Below, piece after piece: positions 45,905 to 53,969 of a DNA stretch of 64,000 nucleotides. The stretch is taken from NCBI GenBank assembly GCA_964634205.1, contig CAZWKE010000015.1:66-64065 (forward strand). The letters are read 5' to 3'. Every line of letters begins with the position of its first letter. Positions within the stretch are counted from its first letter, which is position 1. This stretch comes from an uncultured Spirochaetaceae bacterium. Its GTDB lineage: Bacteria > Spirochaetota > Spirochaetia > SZUA-6 > RPPD01. The notes under the pieces were generated by a model, which made no database searches, was not told the DNA's origin, and saw only the letters and a program-made list of their open reading frames with translations. Both the position numbers and the translations under genes were made by a program.

Positions 45905-47071
45905 ATGAAAAGTATCAGCGTAGACAACCTGTCACCGAACTCTTATTTCAGCGAACCCGTTTTTCTGGATAATAAATATATCCTGCTCTCGCCTGATGTT
46001 CCGGTGGACGATTCCCTGATACAGCGGCTTAAGAAATGGAATATCGAAAAGATACACACCGCCGGCGTCTATATCGGCAAGTCGGAGTATACCACCACCG
46101 CGGACAAAGAGACAATCGAGTTCAACCTTGAACAGGACGTAAAGAACCAGACAGCGCAGGAAGAGACCGTAAAATTTTATTTTGACCTGCTGACGTTCTG
46201 TAAGGACATGTTCGCGGAATATACCCAGAAGAACCAGATAAACATCGAAATTATCAGTGAAAAAATCAAAGGTGCCATCGAACAAATAAAGCAGCACCGG
46301 GATCTGATCCTTAAATTCCACGAGTTAAAGTATCCCACCGAAAATTACCTTTATAATCACAGCGTGAATACGGCATTGCTCTCGCTTGCCATCGGTTCCA
46401 TCCTGAAAATGCCGCCCCACAAACTGATTGAGTTGGGGATCGCCGCGTTACTGCACGATATCGGTATGATTAAACTTCCCCCCCAGGTGTATTTAAAAAG
46501 CGGGCCGCTTGAGCCGCAGGAAAAAAAGACCATCATGGCCCATACCATTCTTGGGTATAAGATTTTAAAAGGCTTTTCCGTGGCCGAGAACATTGCATTG
46601 ACCGCTATCGAACACCACGAACGCCTGGACGGCAGCGGATATCCCCGCGCGTTAAAAGGCGAAAATGCCGTCTCCATATACGGCCGTATTGTGGCCGTGG
46701 CCTGTTCTTTCGACGGCTGTACCTCCGACCGCCCCTATAAGGAGGGAATGGAGGGGTATAAAGGGATTGTGGACCTGATAAAAACCAACAAACACCGTTA
46801 TGATGAAAACGTGCTGAAAGCCCTGATTTTTGCCATATCGCTTTATCCGATCGGTACCACGGTACTGCTTTCCGATCACGCCGTCGGTGTGGTGGTAAAA
46901 ACAAACCCCAAAAATCCCAAGTGTCCGATTGTCCGCGTTCTCATAGACAAAGGCGGCAAACGTCTGACCGAACCCGTACTGATCCAGACATCGGAGGAGT
47001 CGGTCGGCATTTCAATCTGGCGTGTGCTGGAAGATTATGAGAAACCAAAATTGGAAAGTGATAAAGTATAG
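45905..47071 (+). CDS. HD-GYP domain cyclic-di-GMP phosphodiesterase
   Basis: HD motif LLHDIGMIKLP. HHERLDGSGYP GYP motif. The N-terminal ~170 aa is shared with the paralogue at 60105. Confidence 0.85.
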   Translation: MKSISVDNLSPNSYFSEPVFLDNKYILLSPDVPVDDSLIQRLKKWNIEKIHTAGVYIGKSEYTTTADKETIEFNLEQDVKNQTAQEETVKFYFDLLTFCKDMFAEYTQKNQINIEIISEKIKGAIEQIKQHRDLILKFHELKYPTENYLYNHSVNTALLSLAIGSILKMPPHKLIELGIAALLHDIGMIKLPPQVYLKSGPLEPQEKKTIMAHTILGYKILKGFSVAENIALTAIEHHERLDGSGYPRALKGENAVSIYGRIVAVACSFDGCTSDRPYKEGMEGYKGIVDLIKTNKHRYDENVLKALIFAISLYPIGTTVLLSDHAVGVVVKTNPKNPKCPIVRVLIDKGGKRLTEPVLIQTSEESVGISIWRVLEDYEKPKLESDKV

Positions 47072-47102
47072 AACGTAGAGGACCCCCCGCAAAGGTATTA
47101 AT

Positions 47103-48761
47103 ATGAAAATCAGTGTAGTGCTTCCCTCGGGTAAAGAAACCATTGTTGACGCCGGGACAACAACCGAACAGATCTTGTCCGCTCCCGAGTTTGCGGATGA
47201 CCGGCCGTCCATTATTGCCGCCTTGGTGAACAATGAGATCGTCAGCCTGTCGTATAATCCGGAGGTAAACTGTTCGTTTCAGCCCATCCTGCTGCATTCA
47301 CGGGACGGCATGATCATTTACCGCCGCTCGCTCTGTTATCTGCTGGCCAATGCCGGGAAACGCCTGTTTAAGAAAAGAAGGCTTGTCATCGGGCACTCCC
47401 TGGGTAAGGGATATTACTTTTACTTTGACGGAATGGACAGTGTGCCCGAGGAGGATCTGTATAAACTGCATGAAGAAATGCGCAGGATTGTCGCTTTGGA
47501 CCTGCCGATTACCCGGTATAAGATGTCATATACCGAGGCCCTGGCTTATTTTAAAGAGAACAATCAACCGGACACGGTGCTCCTGATAAAAAACAGCAAC
47601 GCGCCCAGGGTGCCGGTAAACCGCTGTGGTGATTTTATCGATATCTCCCATGGTCCGCTGATACCCCGGACCGGAATGTTGGATATTTTTCAGATTAAGA
47701 ATTATCCTCCCGGATTCATTCTGCGCTATCCCCCCCTGGCTTCGCCCGGCCGCATCAAACCGTTTGAAGATAATCCCATTTTGTTTTCTGTTTACCAGGA
47801 GTACAAACATTGGGGCAAGATATTAAAAATCAACTGTATCGGGCTTTTGAATGAGAAGATAAAGGCCGGGGAGATAAAGGAGTTTATTGAGATTGCGGAA
47901 GCCCTGCATAACAGCAAAATCGTGGAGATAGCCGAAAGCATTCGCCGCAAGAACGGCGGCGGGAACCTTGTGTTGATTGCCGGTCCTTCTTCCTCGGGCA
48001 AAACCACCTTTATGAAGAAACTGTCCATACAGTTAAAGGTGTTCGGGATTACGCCCGTGGCTATTTCGATCGACGATTATTTTCTTCCGCGTGAGCAGAC
48101 CCCGCGGGACAAGCACGGGAACTATAATTTTGAAACCCTGGAAGCGGTGAATGTTGATCTGTTGAATACCCACTTAAACCAGCTTTTGGACGGAAAGCAG
48201 GTGCTGATTCCCATTTATGATTTTACGGCAGGGAAGCCCAAGACGCAGGGAAAAAAGGTAAAACTTGATGAAAATTCAATCGTCATTCTGGAAGGGATCC
48301 ACGGCCTCAACGACAACCTGACCCCGCGTATCAGCGTGGACAAAAAGATAAAGATCTACGTATCCGCACTGACCCAGCTGAACCTGGATGATCATAACCG
48401 CATCCCCACCACCGACGTGCGCCTGCTGCGGAGAATGGTACGGGACTACCGGTTCCGCGGGCACAGTGCCCTGACCACATTCAAGATGTGGCCGTCGGTA
48501 CGCCGCGGCGAAGATAAATATATCTTTCCCTTTCAAAACAATGCGGACATGGCTTTTAATTCCAGCCTGGATTATGAGCTTGCCGTGTTAAAGGTGTATG
48601 CCGAGCCCCTGCTGAAAACAATCGAGCCGTCACACCGGGAATACAGTGAGGTGAAACGCATGCTGGCCTTTCTGGAGAATGTGATTCCCGTGCCCGCGCT
48701 TTGGGTGCCCCCCCAATCGATTTTACGGGAGTTTATCGGAGAGAGCAGCTTTTCCTACTAA
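47103..48761 (+). CDS. Uridine/cytidine kinase-family nucleoside kinase with N-terminal TGS-like domain
   Basis: P-loop LIAGPSSSGKTTFMKKL. Udk motifs AISIDDYFLPRE, YNFETLEAVNVDLL, PIYDFTAGK. Confidence 0.7.
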   Translation: MKISVVLPSGKETIVDAGTTTEQILSAPEFADDRPSIIAALVNNEIVSLSYNPEVNCSFQPILLHSRDGMIIYRRSLCYLLANAGKRLFKKRRLVIGHSLGKGYYFYFDGMDSVPEEDLYKLHEEMRRIVALDLPITRYKMSYTEALAYFKENNQPDTVLLIKNSNAPRVPVNRCGDFIDISHGPLIPRTGMLDIFQIKNYPPGFILRYPPLASPGRIKPFEDNPILFSVYQEYKHWGKILKINCIGLLNEKIKAGEIKEFIEIAEALHNSKIVEIAESIRRKNGGGNLVLIAGPSSSGKTTFMKKLSIQLKVFGITPVAISIDDYFLPREQTPRDKHGNYNFETLEAVNVDLLNTHLNQLLDGKQVLIPIYDFTAGKPKTQGKKVKLDENSIVILEGIHGLNDNLTPRISVDKKIKIYVSALTQLNLDDHNRIPTTDVRLLRRMVRDYRFRGHSALTTFKMWPSVRRGEDKYIFPFQNNADMAFNSSLDYELAVLKVYAEPLLKTIEPSHREYSEVKRMLAFLENVIPVPALWVPPQSILREFIGESSFSY

Positions 48762-49123
48762 ATGATGATGGACTCGGATTTCATAATGGTTTTTTCTATC
48801 ATGGAGATGAACTCCTTGTCGGGTTTAAGAAACATCAGTCCGAATCCGCTGTCCGCGGAGTCCTTGTCCGGCCCGAAAATCCTGGCCGATCGCACCACCC
48901 GTACCTGGCCTTCGTAATAACGCCTGCCGTGGTCATCCACAAGGATATCAAGCTCTTCTCCAAGCTCAAACAGGGAAAGGTCCTCGGTGGAGATAAAAAT
49001 CCCCCCCAGTGACAGATTGGTGGTCCTGAATTCCATAATGGAAAACACGTTATCCGGTGTGGCCTTCTTTATGATAGTCGTTAAATTGTACTGTCGCCTG
49101 TCGGCTCTGCGTTTTTCAACCAT
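48758..49123 (-). CDS. PilZ-domain protein (c-di-GMP receptor)
   Basis: RRADRRQY and NLSLGGIFIST match the PilZ RxxxR / DxSxxG motifs. Confidence 0.7.
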   Translation of the reverse strand: MVEKRRADRRQYNLTTIIKKATPDNVFSIMEFRTTNLSLGGIFISTEDLSLFELGEELDILVDDHGRRYYEGQVRVVRSARIFGPDKDSADSGFGLMFLKPDKEFISMIEKTIMKSESIII

Positions 49124-49181
49124 GGGAAAAATCTCTACTACTGACTAGTATATGCAATGAAATATGCTCTGTAAAGAATAA

Positions 49182-49419
49182 TTAGTGGTACGAAGCCTGC
49201 GCCTAAGTTATGGAATTCAGATATAGGCATATTGCGGCACATAATGCTTCTCCGGGTAAGGGGTAAACACCTTTTTCAACCAAAGATCGTCAAGGAAGCC
49301 CCACAAAAAGCTAAGTTTGGGAAATCCTGTCGATTCGATTTTGGATGGTGTTTCGGTTCAACTTAATACAGACAAAAGGTATGTTTTGCTTTGTTTAGGC
49401 GCAGGCTTTGTGCCACTAA
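49182..49419 (+). ncRNA. Candidate structured RNA or MITE: 188 nt bracketed by a perfect 25-bp long-range helix (with 2 G-U pairs on the plus strand)
   Basis: 49182-49206 (ttagtggtacgaagcctgcgcctaa) pairs base-for-base with 49395-49419 (ttaggcgcaggctttgtgccactaa). Both non-Watson-Crick positions are G-U on the plus-strand transcript and C-A on the minus strand. Intergenic between pilZ and the ykgJ-like gene. Confidence 0.35.
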
Positions 49420-49721
49420 CCACCTTTTATCGTGGGAAGGAACCGCCGCCAGGGGCGGTATTTTTTTACATACCCGCAGCTTTCCGGGAGATAGCGGGAG
49501 AATAATGCGTGAAACATGGTAACCTTTTCACAGTTTTTACAGATAATAAATCTTTCATTGTATACGGAACATGTTTTTTGATCGATATTTAAAAAATCGC
49601 ACGGTTTGTCCAGGTTGATGGTGACGGACAGCCCGTGGTGCTCTTTTTCATAACAGCAGATCCCGCAGCGTAAGCATAATTCTTCCCAGGCCTGCCGCTT
49701 TTTTGCAAAGAACCCGCTCAT
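49416..49721 (-). CDS. YkgJ-family (CxxCxxCC) putative Fe-S/zinc cluster protein
   Basis: CLRCGICC motif plus further Cys (CSVYNERFIICKNC). 101 aa. Confidence 0.6.
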   Translation of the reverse strand: MSGFFAKKRQAWEELCLRCGICCYEKEHHGLSVTINLDKPCDFLNIDQKTCSVYNERFIICKNCEKVTMFHALFSRYLPESCGYVKKYRPWRRFLPTIKGG

Positions 49722-50416
49722 GGCGTATCGGCTTCTTTTTTCAGGAGTCTTTTATTGAGTATCAAAAATGTCAGAGGGACCGATATCCCCACAATTATGA
49801 GAAGAATAGCCCAGAACAGGATGAATTTGGAAAATAAAATGACAAAATAGTAGATAAACGCGCAAAACACAATAATGGCCCCCGCGTAAAGGCTGAAGCG
49901 CATTTTGTGTTTTTGTACGGAAAACAGGTACACCGCCAGAAATGACAACCCTATGCTGAGTACCAGGAACACCGGATGAAATCCTATCTCGGGCTGCAGC
50001 ATACTCATCCAGATCCAGAGGCTCAATCCATACAGTGAACCCGCAGGCAGTAATGCCCACCACTGCGCCCTTTGCAGAAGAAAAATGATCAGAAAGGTCG
50101 TGCCGAAGCCGAAGGACAGGAGCGCCGCCGCCAGGGTGCCGATTATTTCGGCAAAGCCGAAAATAAGAATAACAATGCCGAAGCTGAAGGACACGCCGGC
50201 AGGGATAATAAACCAGAACAGCCCGCCGCCCCTGCCCTGAAAAAAGGCAAACACGATCCCGGTGACAAATAAAAGGATCCCAATTACCCTTTCGGTGGCC
50301 TGACCGACCGGGGGGATGATGCTGAAGTTCGTCAGGAGAAAGAATATACCGCTTAAGATCAGGGCCGTGCCCACAAAACCTGTTCGCCAGAAAAAGAAAT
50401 TATCATTCGCTTTCAT
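49718..50416 (-). CDS. Hypothetical polytopic membrane protein
   Basis: Start taken at MKANDNFFFWRTGFVGTALIL. At least 7 TM helices. ATGA overlap with the ykgJ-like gene. Confidence 0.45.
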   Translation of the reverse strand: MKANDNFFFWRTGFVGTALILSGIFFLLTNFSIIPPVGQATERVIGILLFVTGIVFAFFQGRGGGLFWFIIPAGVSFSFGIVILIFGFAEIIGTLAAALLSFGFGTTFLIIFLLQRAQWWALLPAGSLYGLSLWIWMSMLQPEIGFHPVFLVLSIGLSFLAVYLFSVQKHKMRFSLYAGAIIVFCAFIYYFVILFSKFILFWAILLIIVGISVPLTFLILNKRLLKKEADTP

Positions 50417-50498
50417 TCTACATATCACTATACCACTTTGTTTTTTTTTATGATAGGGTAGAGAACAAATATTCCGTTGGGTGGACAAAGGAGCGGTG

Positions 50499-51404
50499 AT
50501 GGATGTGTTTAAAGGGGTGATTGTCGGAGTTGTCGGATTTTTCATCTGTATTTTTCTATTGGCGATTAGTATGGTGTATGTGGTTGATGTCACGATCGGT
50601 GACGCGGATTTTATGGTGCGTAATGCGGCGGCCGTCGATTACAGCCTGCTGCTGGAAGATATTATGCGGGGGGCCCAACCCAACGAACTGCCGGAAAATT
50701 TTTTGAACGGCAAGGCGGGTGAAATAAACCGCTCGGTCCGTGGGTTTGTCGCCAGGATCATCCAATCGGTGTATGGATACCTTGACGGGAAGATCGGGCC
50801 CGAAGAGATCAAGGTCCCGCTCTGGCAGCTGTTCGATGAGCTGCGGCCCTTGCTGGCTGAAGCGGAATATAATTCGCTGCGGAAACAGGGACAAAACGTA
50901 CCTAAAAAGAGCTTTGATAAAAGATTCGACATCATCTGGAGGGAGCTGATGAGTGAAATCCCCGATACGCTGGAGTTCGATGAAAAATCTCTTACGCCGG
51001 AAGACCTGCGCACCCTGTATGGAATTCGCGACGGGTACCGGAATTTTCATTACGCCTATCTGGGTTTTATCCTGTTTTGTGTGGTGTTCTGCGCAATCAT
51101 CTTTTTTGTGGACCGCAATATACCGCTTTCACTTCGGCATGTGGGCATAATGCTGGTGATAACGGGCCTGCTGCAGGTCCTGCTTATCATTTTACTGCAC
51201 AACATGGGAACCTGGACGTTTGTGCTGGACAAAATCCCCAAGTACCTTAAAAGTTATGAGGGGGTTCTGCTGGCCGCGCTGGGAGACTCATTTTTCCTGA
51301 CCACGATACTCTACCTGGTAACAGGCGGTGTGTTTATCGGCGCGTCCGTGTTCTTGCCGCGGATTTTCCCCCCGCCTGAATCAGAAGAAAAGCTCCAGCC
51401 GTAA
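50499..51404 (+). CDS. Hypothetical membrane protein
   Basis: AAGGAG RBS. N-terminal TM, ~170-aa soluble region, then 3 C-terminal TM helices. Confidence 0.45.
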   Translation: MDVFKGVIVGVVGFFICIFLLAISMVYVVDVTIGDADFMVRNAAAVDYSLLLEDIMRGAQPNELPENFLNGKAGEINRSVRGFVARIIQSVYGYLDGKIGPEEIKVPLWQLFDELRPLLAEAEYNSLRKQGQNVPKKSFDKRFDIIWRELMSEIPDTLEFDEKSLTPEDLRTLYGIRDGYRNFHYAYLGFILFCVVFCAIIFFVDRNIPLSLRHVGIMLVITGLLQVLLIILLHNMGTWTFVLDKIPKYLKSYEGVLLAALGDSFFLTTILYLVTGGVFIGASVFLPRIFPPPESEEKLQP

Positions 51405-53969
51405 CGGCAGAACGTGCTTTTTCAGCGTCAGTTCGCACCAGTTATCAGAGTCCTGCCGGGAGCCGGGCGCAGGGGATCTGCCCTGTACGGTGATTTTTTT
51501 CAACGGGGCGCGAAGCGTTTTTGTATAAATCCTCAGACAAACTTCTTTGAATGCGGAGAGTTCCGGTTTCAGCCTGCCCGCAATGCGGGTGATCGAGAGG
51601 GAAAGCTTTCCCCGGCCGGATTGTCCTTCAATTCTCAGGAGTGAGAAGTCGCCGTCAAGATATTTCAGGGTCTGCCCGTCATCGATATACCAGTGCCCCC
51701 GTATCCGCTCTGCCGGGTATACCTGTAATATCGGTGTCTGTTTCAGGGCCTCCTCCGTTACCTCTCCGGGGACGCAGACCGGGATTACGGCCCCGGTACG
51801 GACAAACAGGGGGATTTTGTCCGGCGGGGTCTCCACGATAATACCGGTTCCGCCCTGATACGGAGCGGATCCGGGCCAGGCCAGCCAGTCGCTTCCGGCG
51901 GGCAGGTAGACGCGGCGCCGCGCGGCGCCGGCCGTTAATACCGGGCAGACCATGAGGTCGGGACCGATCATAAACTGACCGGCCGCCGTCTCCTCCTGCA
52001 GACAGGCCGGGTCGTCCGGAAACTCCAGGAACAGCGGGCGCATCAACGGGAGCCCCTCCTCGCAGGCCTGGCGCAGAGAGGTATAAAAATAGGGAAGCAG
52101 GCGGTAGCGCAGTTTCAGGGCCTCCGTGCACAGGCGTTGGATTCTTTCCGGGAAATACCAGAGTTCACGGGGAGGTGTGGCATGCGAGGAGTGGTTGCGG
52201 CAGAAGGGATAAAACGCTCCCAACTGCATCCAGCGCAAAAAAAGCTCCGGGGTGGGTTTACCCCAGAATCCGCCGATATCCGGACCCACCAGCACCTGGC
52301 CCGAAAGTCCCATATTCAGGAGCATGGGCACGGACATGCGCAGGTGTGACCACTTGCTTTTGTTGTCTCCGGTCCAGCTTGAGGCGTAGCGCTGGATGCC
52401 GGCAAAGGCCGAGCGCGTGAACAGGAAATTGCGCAGCCCTCCCCGCAGGCGGGCAAGGCCCCGGGAGGTAGCCCGGGCCATCAGCAGGCCGTAGCAGTTG
52501 TGCACCGTACGGTGGGGCAGGGGGCCCTGCGGTTTTTGGGACGCGTGCATAACATCGCCCGGCATGGTACGGAGCGGGGTAAACAGGGACGGCTCATTCA
52601 TATCGATCCAAAACCCGTCGATGCCGTGTTTCACGTACTCCTGATAAAGGGAACCCCACCATTCCCGTACTTGCTCCGAGGTATAATCCGGAAAGGCCGC
52701 GTCGCCCGGCCAGACCGGCGCGTGAAACACCGAGCCGTCCTGCCTGGTACAGAAGAACCCCCGGCTTACCCCCCGGGCATACACCTCCCACTGCGGGTCC
52801 GCCTTCAGGCCCGGGTCGGACATGATCACAACCTTAAAGCGTTTTTCATGCAGGGCCTTGATCGCGGCCGTCGGATCAGGGAAACGCTCCCGGTTCCAGG
52901 TAAAGGAGCGGTACCCGTTCATGTGCCCGATATCGATATGCAGGGTATCGCAGGGGATCCCGTGTTCCCGGAAGCCCCGGGCAATGGAGAGCAGGCGGGC
53001 GGCGGATTCATTCTCTTCCCAGCGTGAATGATGGTGGCCCAAAACCCAGCGCGGGGGCAGGGGGTACCTGCCGCAGAGCAGGGTAAAGTTGCGTAACACC
53101 TCTTTCAGACCCGGACCGGCTATCACGTAGTAACAGAGCGGGCCCTCTTCGGCCGCGTAAAAAGCGGGCCGCGGGGTCTTTCCCGGGGCCTGATGCTTGG
53201 CCTGATGCGGGCCCTTTCGCGGCGCTTTTCGCAAGCCGCTCCCCGCCGGCAGGATGAACCGGCTGAAGTGGGGGTTGTCGAAAAACAGGGCATGGGAAAA
53301 CCCGTCTCTGCGTATACAGATCTGCAGGGGGCAGGACTGCCACATGGGGTCCGAACGCGGGCCCAAATCCGAATTGTCCGTGTTCCACATGGAAAGGCGT
53401 TGCCCGTTTTTAAAAAGCCCTCCGGTCTTTTCCCCGAATCCGCAATAATATTCTCCCTCCGGCGCCTGCTTTTCACAACCGACCCAGTGACGGCGGAAAA
53501 ACGGGGCCCGCGGCTCACGGTGCAGCAAGCGGCCGCCCAGGCGGAACTCCAGGGTCGCCGTGCCGGTATGAAAAAGGGCCTCCAGCCCCGGTTCGTCCTT
53601 GCCGCCTTTCCGGTTTTGGATAAAAAGGGTATTCTCATCCTGCTTCTGTACCGTCAGTTCATCTGACCCCGTAAGTTCGATGCTCCAGGTCAGGTAATCC
53701 TTCTTGGGAAACGGATCGGTGACCCCGGACGCAGCGGCGGGGCCGTTCACCATGACCCTCCAGATTCCGGGGGTAAGGCAGTGCAGGCTGATGTCCGCGT
53801 TCGCGCATTCAAGCGCAACCGTGGATTTGTCCTTGTCGAACCGAAATCCCTTATAGCCGCGGACCCGTGTGCCCCCGCGGGGTACACGCCGCCGGTTTAA
53901 GAGCGGCTGCAGGACATTAGATACTATTTTTTGCTTGAAAACTTCCGAAAGCCGGGAAAGTAAGTTCAT
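51381..53969 (-). CDS. Glycoside hydrolase family 31 (alpha-glucosidase/alpha-xylosidase)
   Basis: 862 aa. Catalytic-nucleophile motif GFWIDMNEPS. The acid/base region follows. Confidence 0.85.
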   Translation of the reverse strand: MNLLSRLSEVFKQKIVSNVLQPLLNRRRVPRGGTRVRGYKGFRFDKDKSTVALECANADISLHCLTPGIWRVMVNGPAAASGVTDPFPKKDYLTWSIELTGSDELTVQKQDENTLFIQNRKGGKDEPGLEALFHTGTATLEFRLGGRLLHREPRAPFFRRHWVGCEKQAPEGEYYCGFGEKTGGLFKNGQRLSMWNTDNSDLGPRSDPMWQSCPLQICIRRDGFSHALFFDNPHFSRFILPAGSGLRKAPRKGPHQAKHQAPGKTPRPAFYAAEEGPLCYYVIAGPGLKEVLRNFTLLCGRYPLPPRWVLGHHHSRWEENESAARLLSIARGFREHGIPCDTLHIDIGHMNGYRSFTWNRERFPDPTAAIKALHEKRFKVVIMSDPGLKADPQWEVYARGVSRGFFCTRQDGSVFHAPVWPGDAAFPDYTSEQVREWWGSLYQEYVKHGIDGFWIDMNEPSLFTPLRTMPGDVMHASQKPQGPLPHRTVHNCYGLLMARATSRGLARLRGGLRNFLFTRSAFAGIQRYASSWTGDNKSKWSHLRMSVPMLLNMGLSGQVLVGPDIGGFWGKPTPELFLRWMQLGAFYPFCRNHSSHATPPRELWYFPERIQRLCTEALKLRYRLLPYFYTSLRQACEEGLPLMRPLFLEFPDDPACLQEETAAGQFMIGPDLMVCPVLTAGAARRRVYLPAGSDWLAWPGSAPYQGGTGIIVETPPDKIPLFVRTGAVIPVCVPGEVTEEALKQTPILQVYPAERIRGHWYIDDGQTLKYLDGDFSLLRIEGQSGRGKLSLSITRIAGRLKPELSAFKEVCLRIYTKTLRAPLKKITVQGRSPAPGSRQDSDNWCELTLKKHVLPLRLELFF

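Noticed and set aside
49445-49470. Apparent plus-strand rho-independent terminator (CCGCC-loop-GGCGG then T7)
   Set aside because: It lies inside the 3' coding region of the minus-strand ykgJ-like gene, where it encodes KKYRPWRRF. It is probably a coincidental hairpin, though it could still end a plus-strand RNA from the 49182-49419 element.
52500-53666. Plus-strand ORFs of 175 and 157 aa within the GH31 gene
   Set aside because: Antisense to a gene with the clear WIDMNEP catalytic motif. Arg/Gly-rich.
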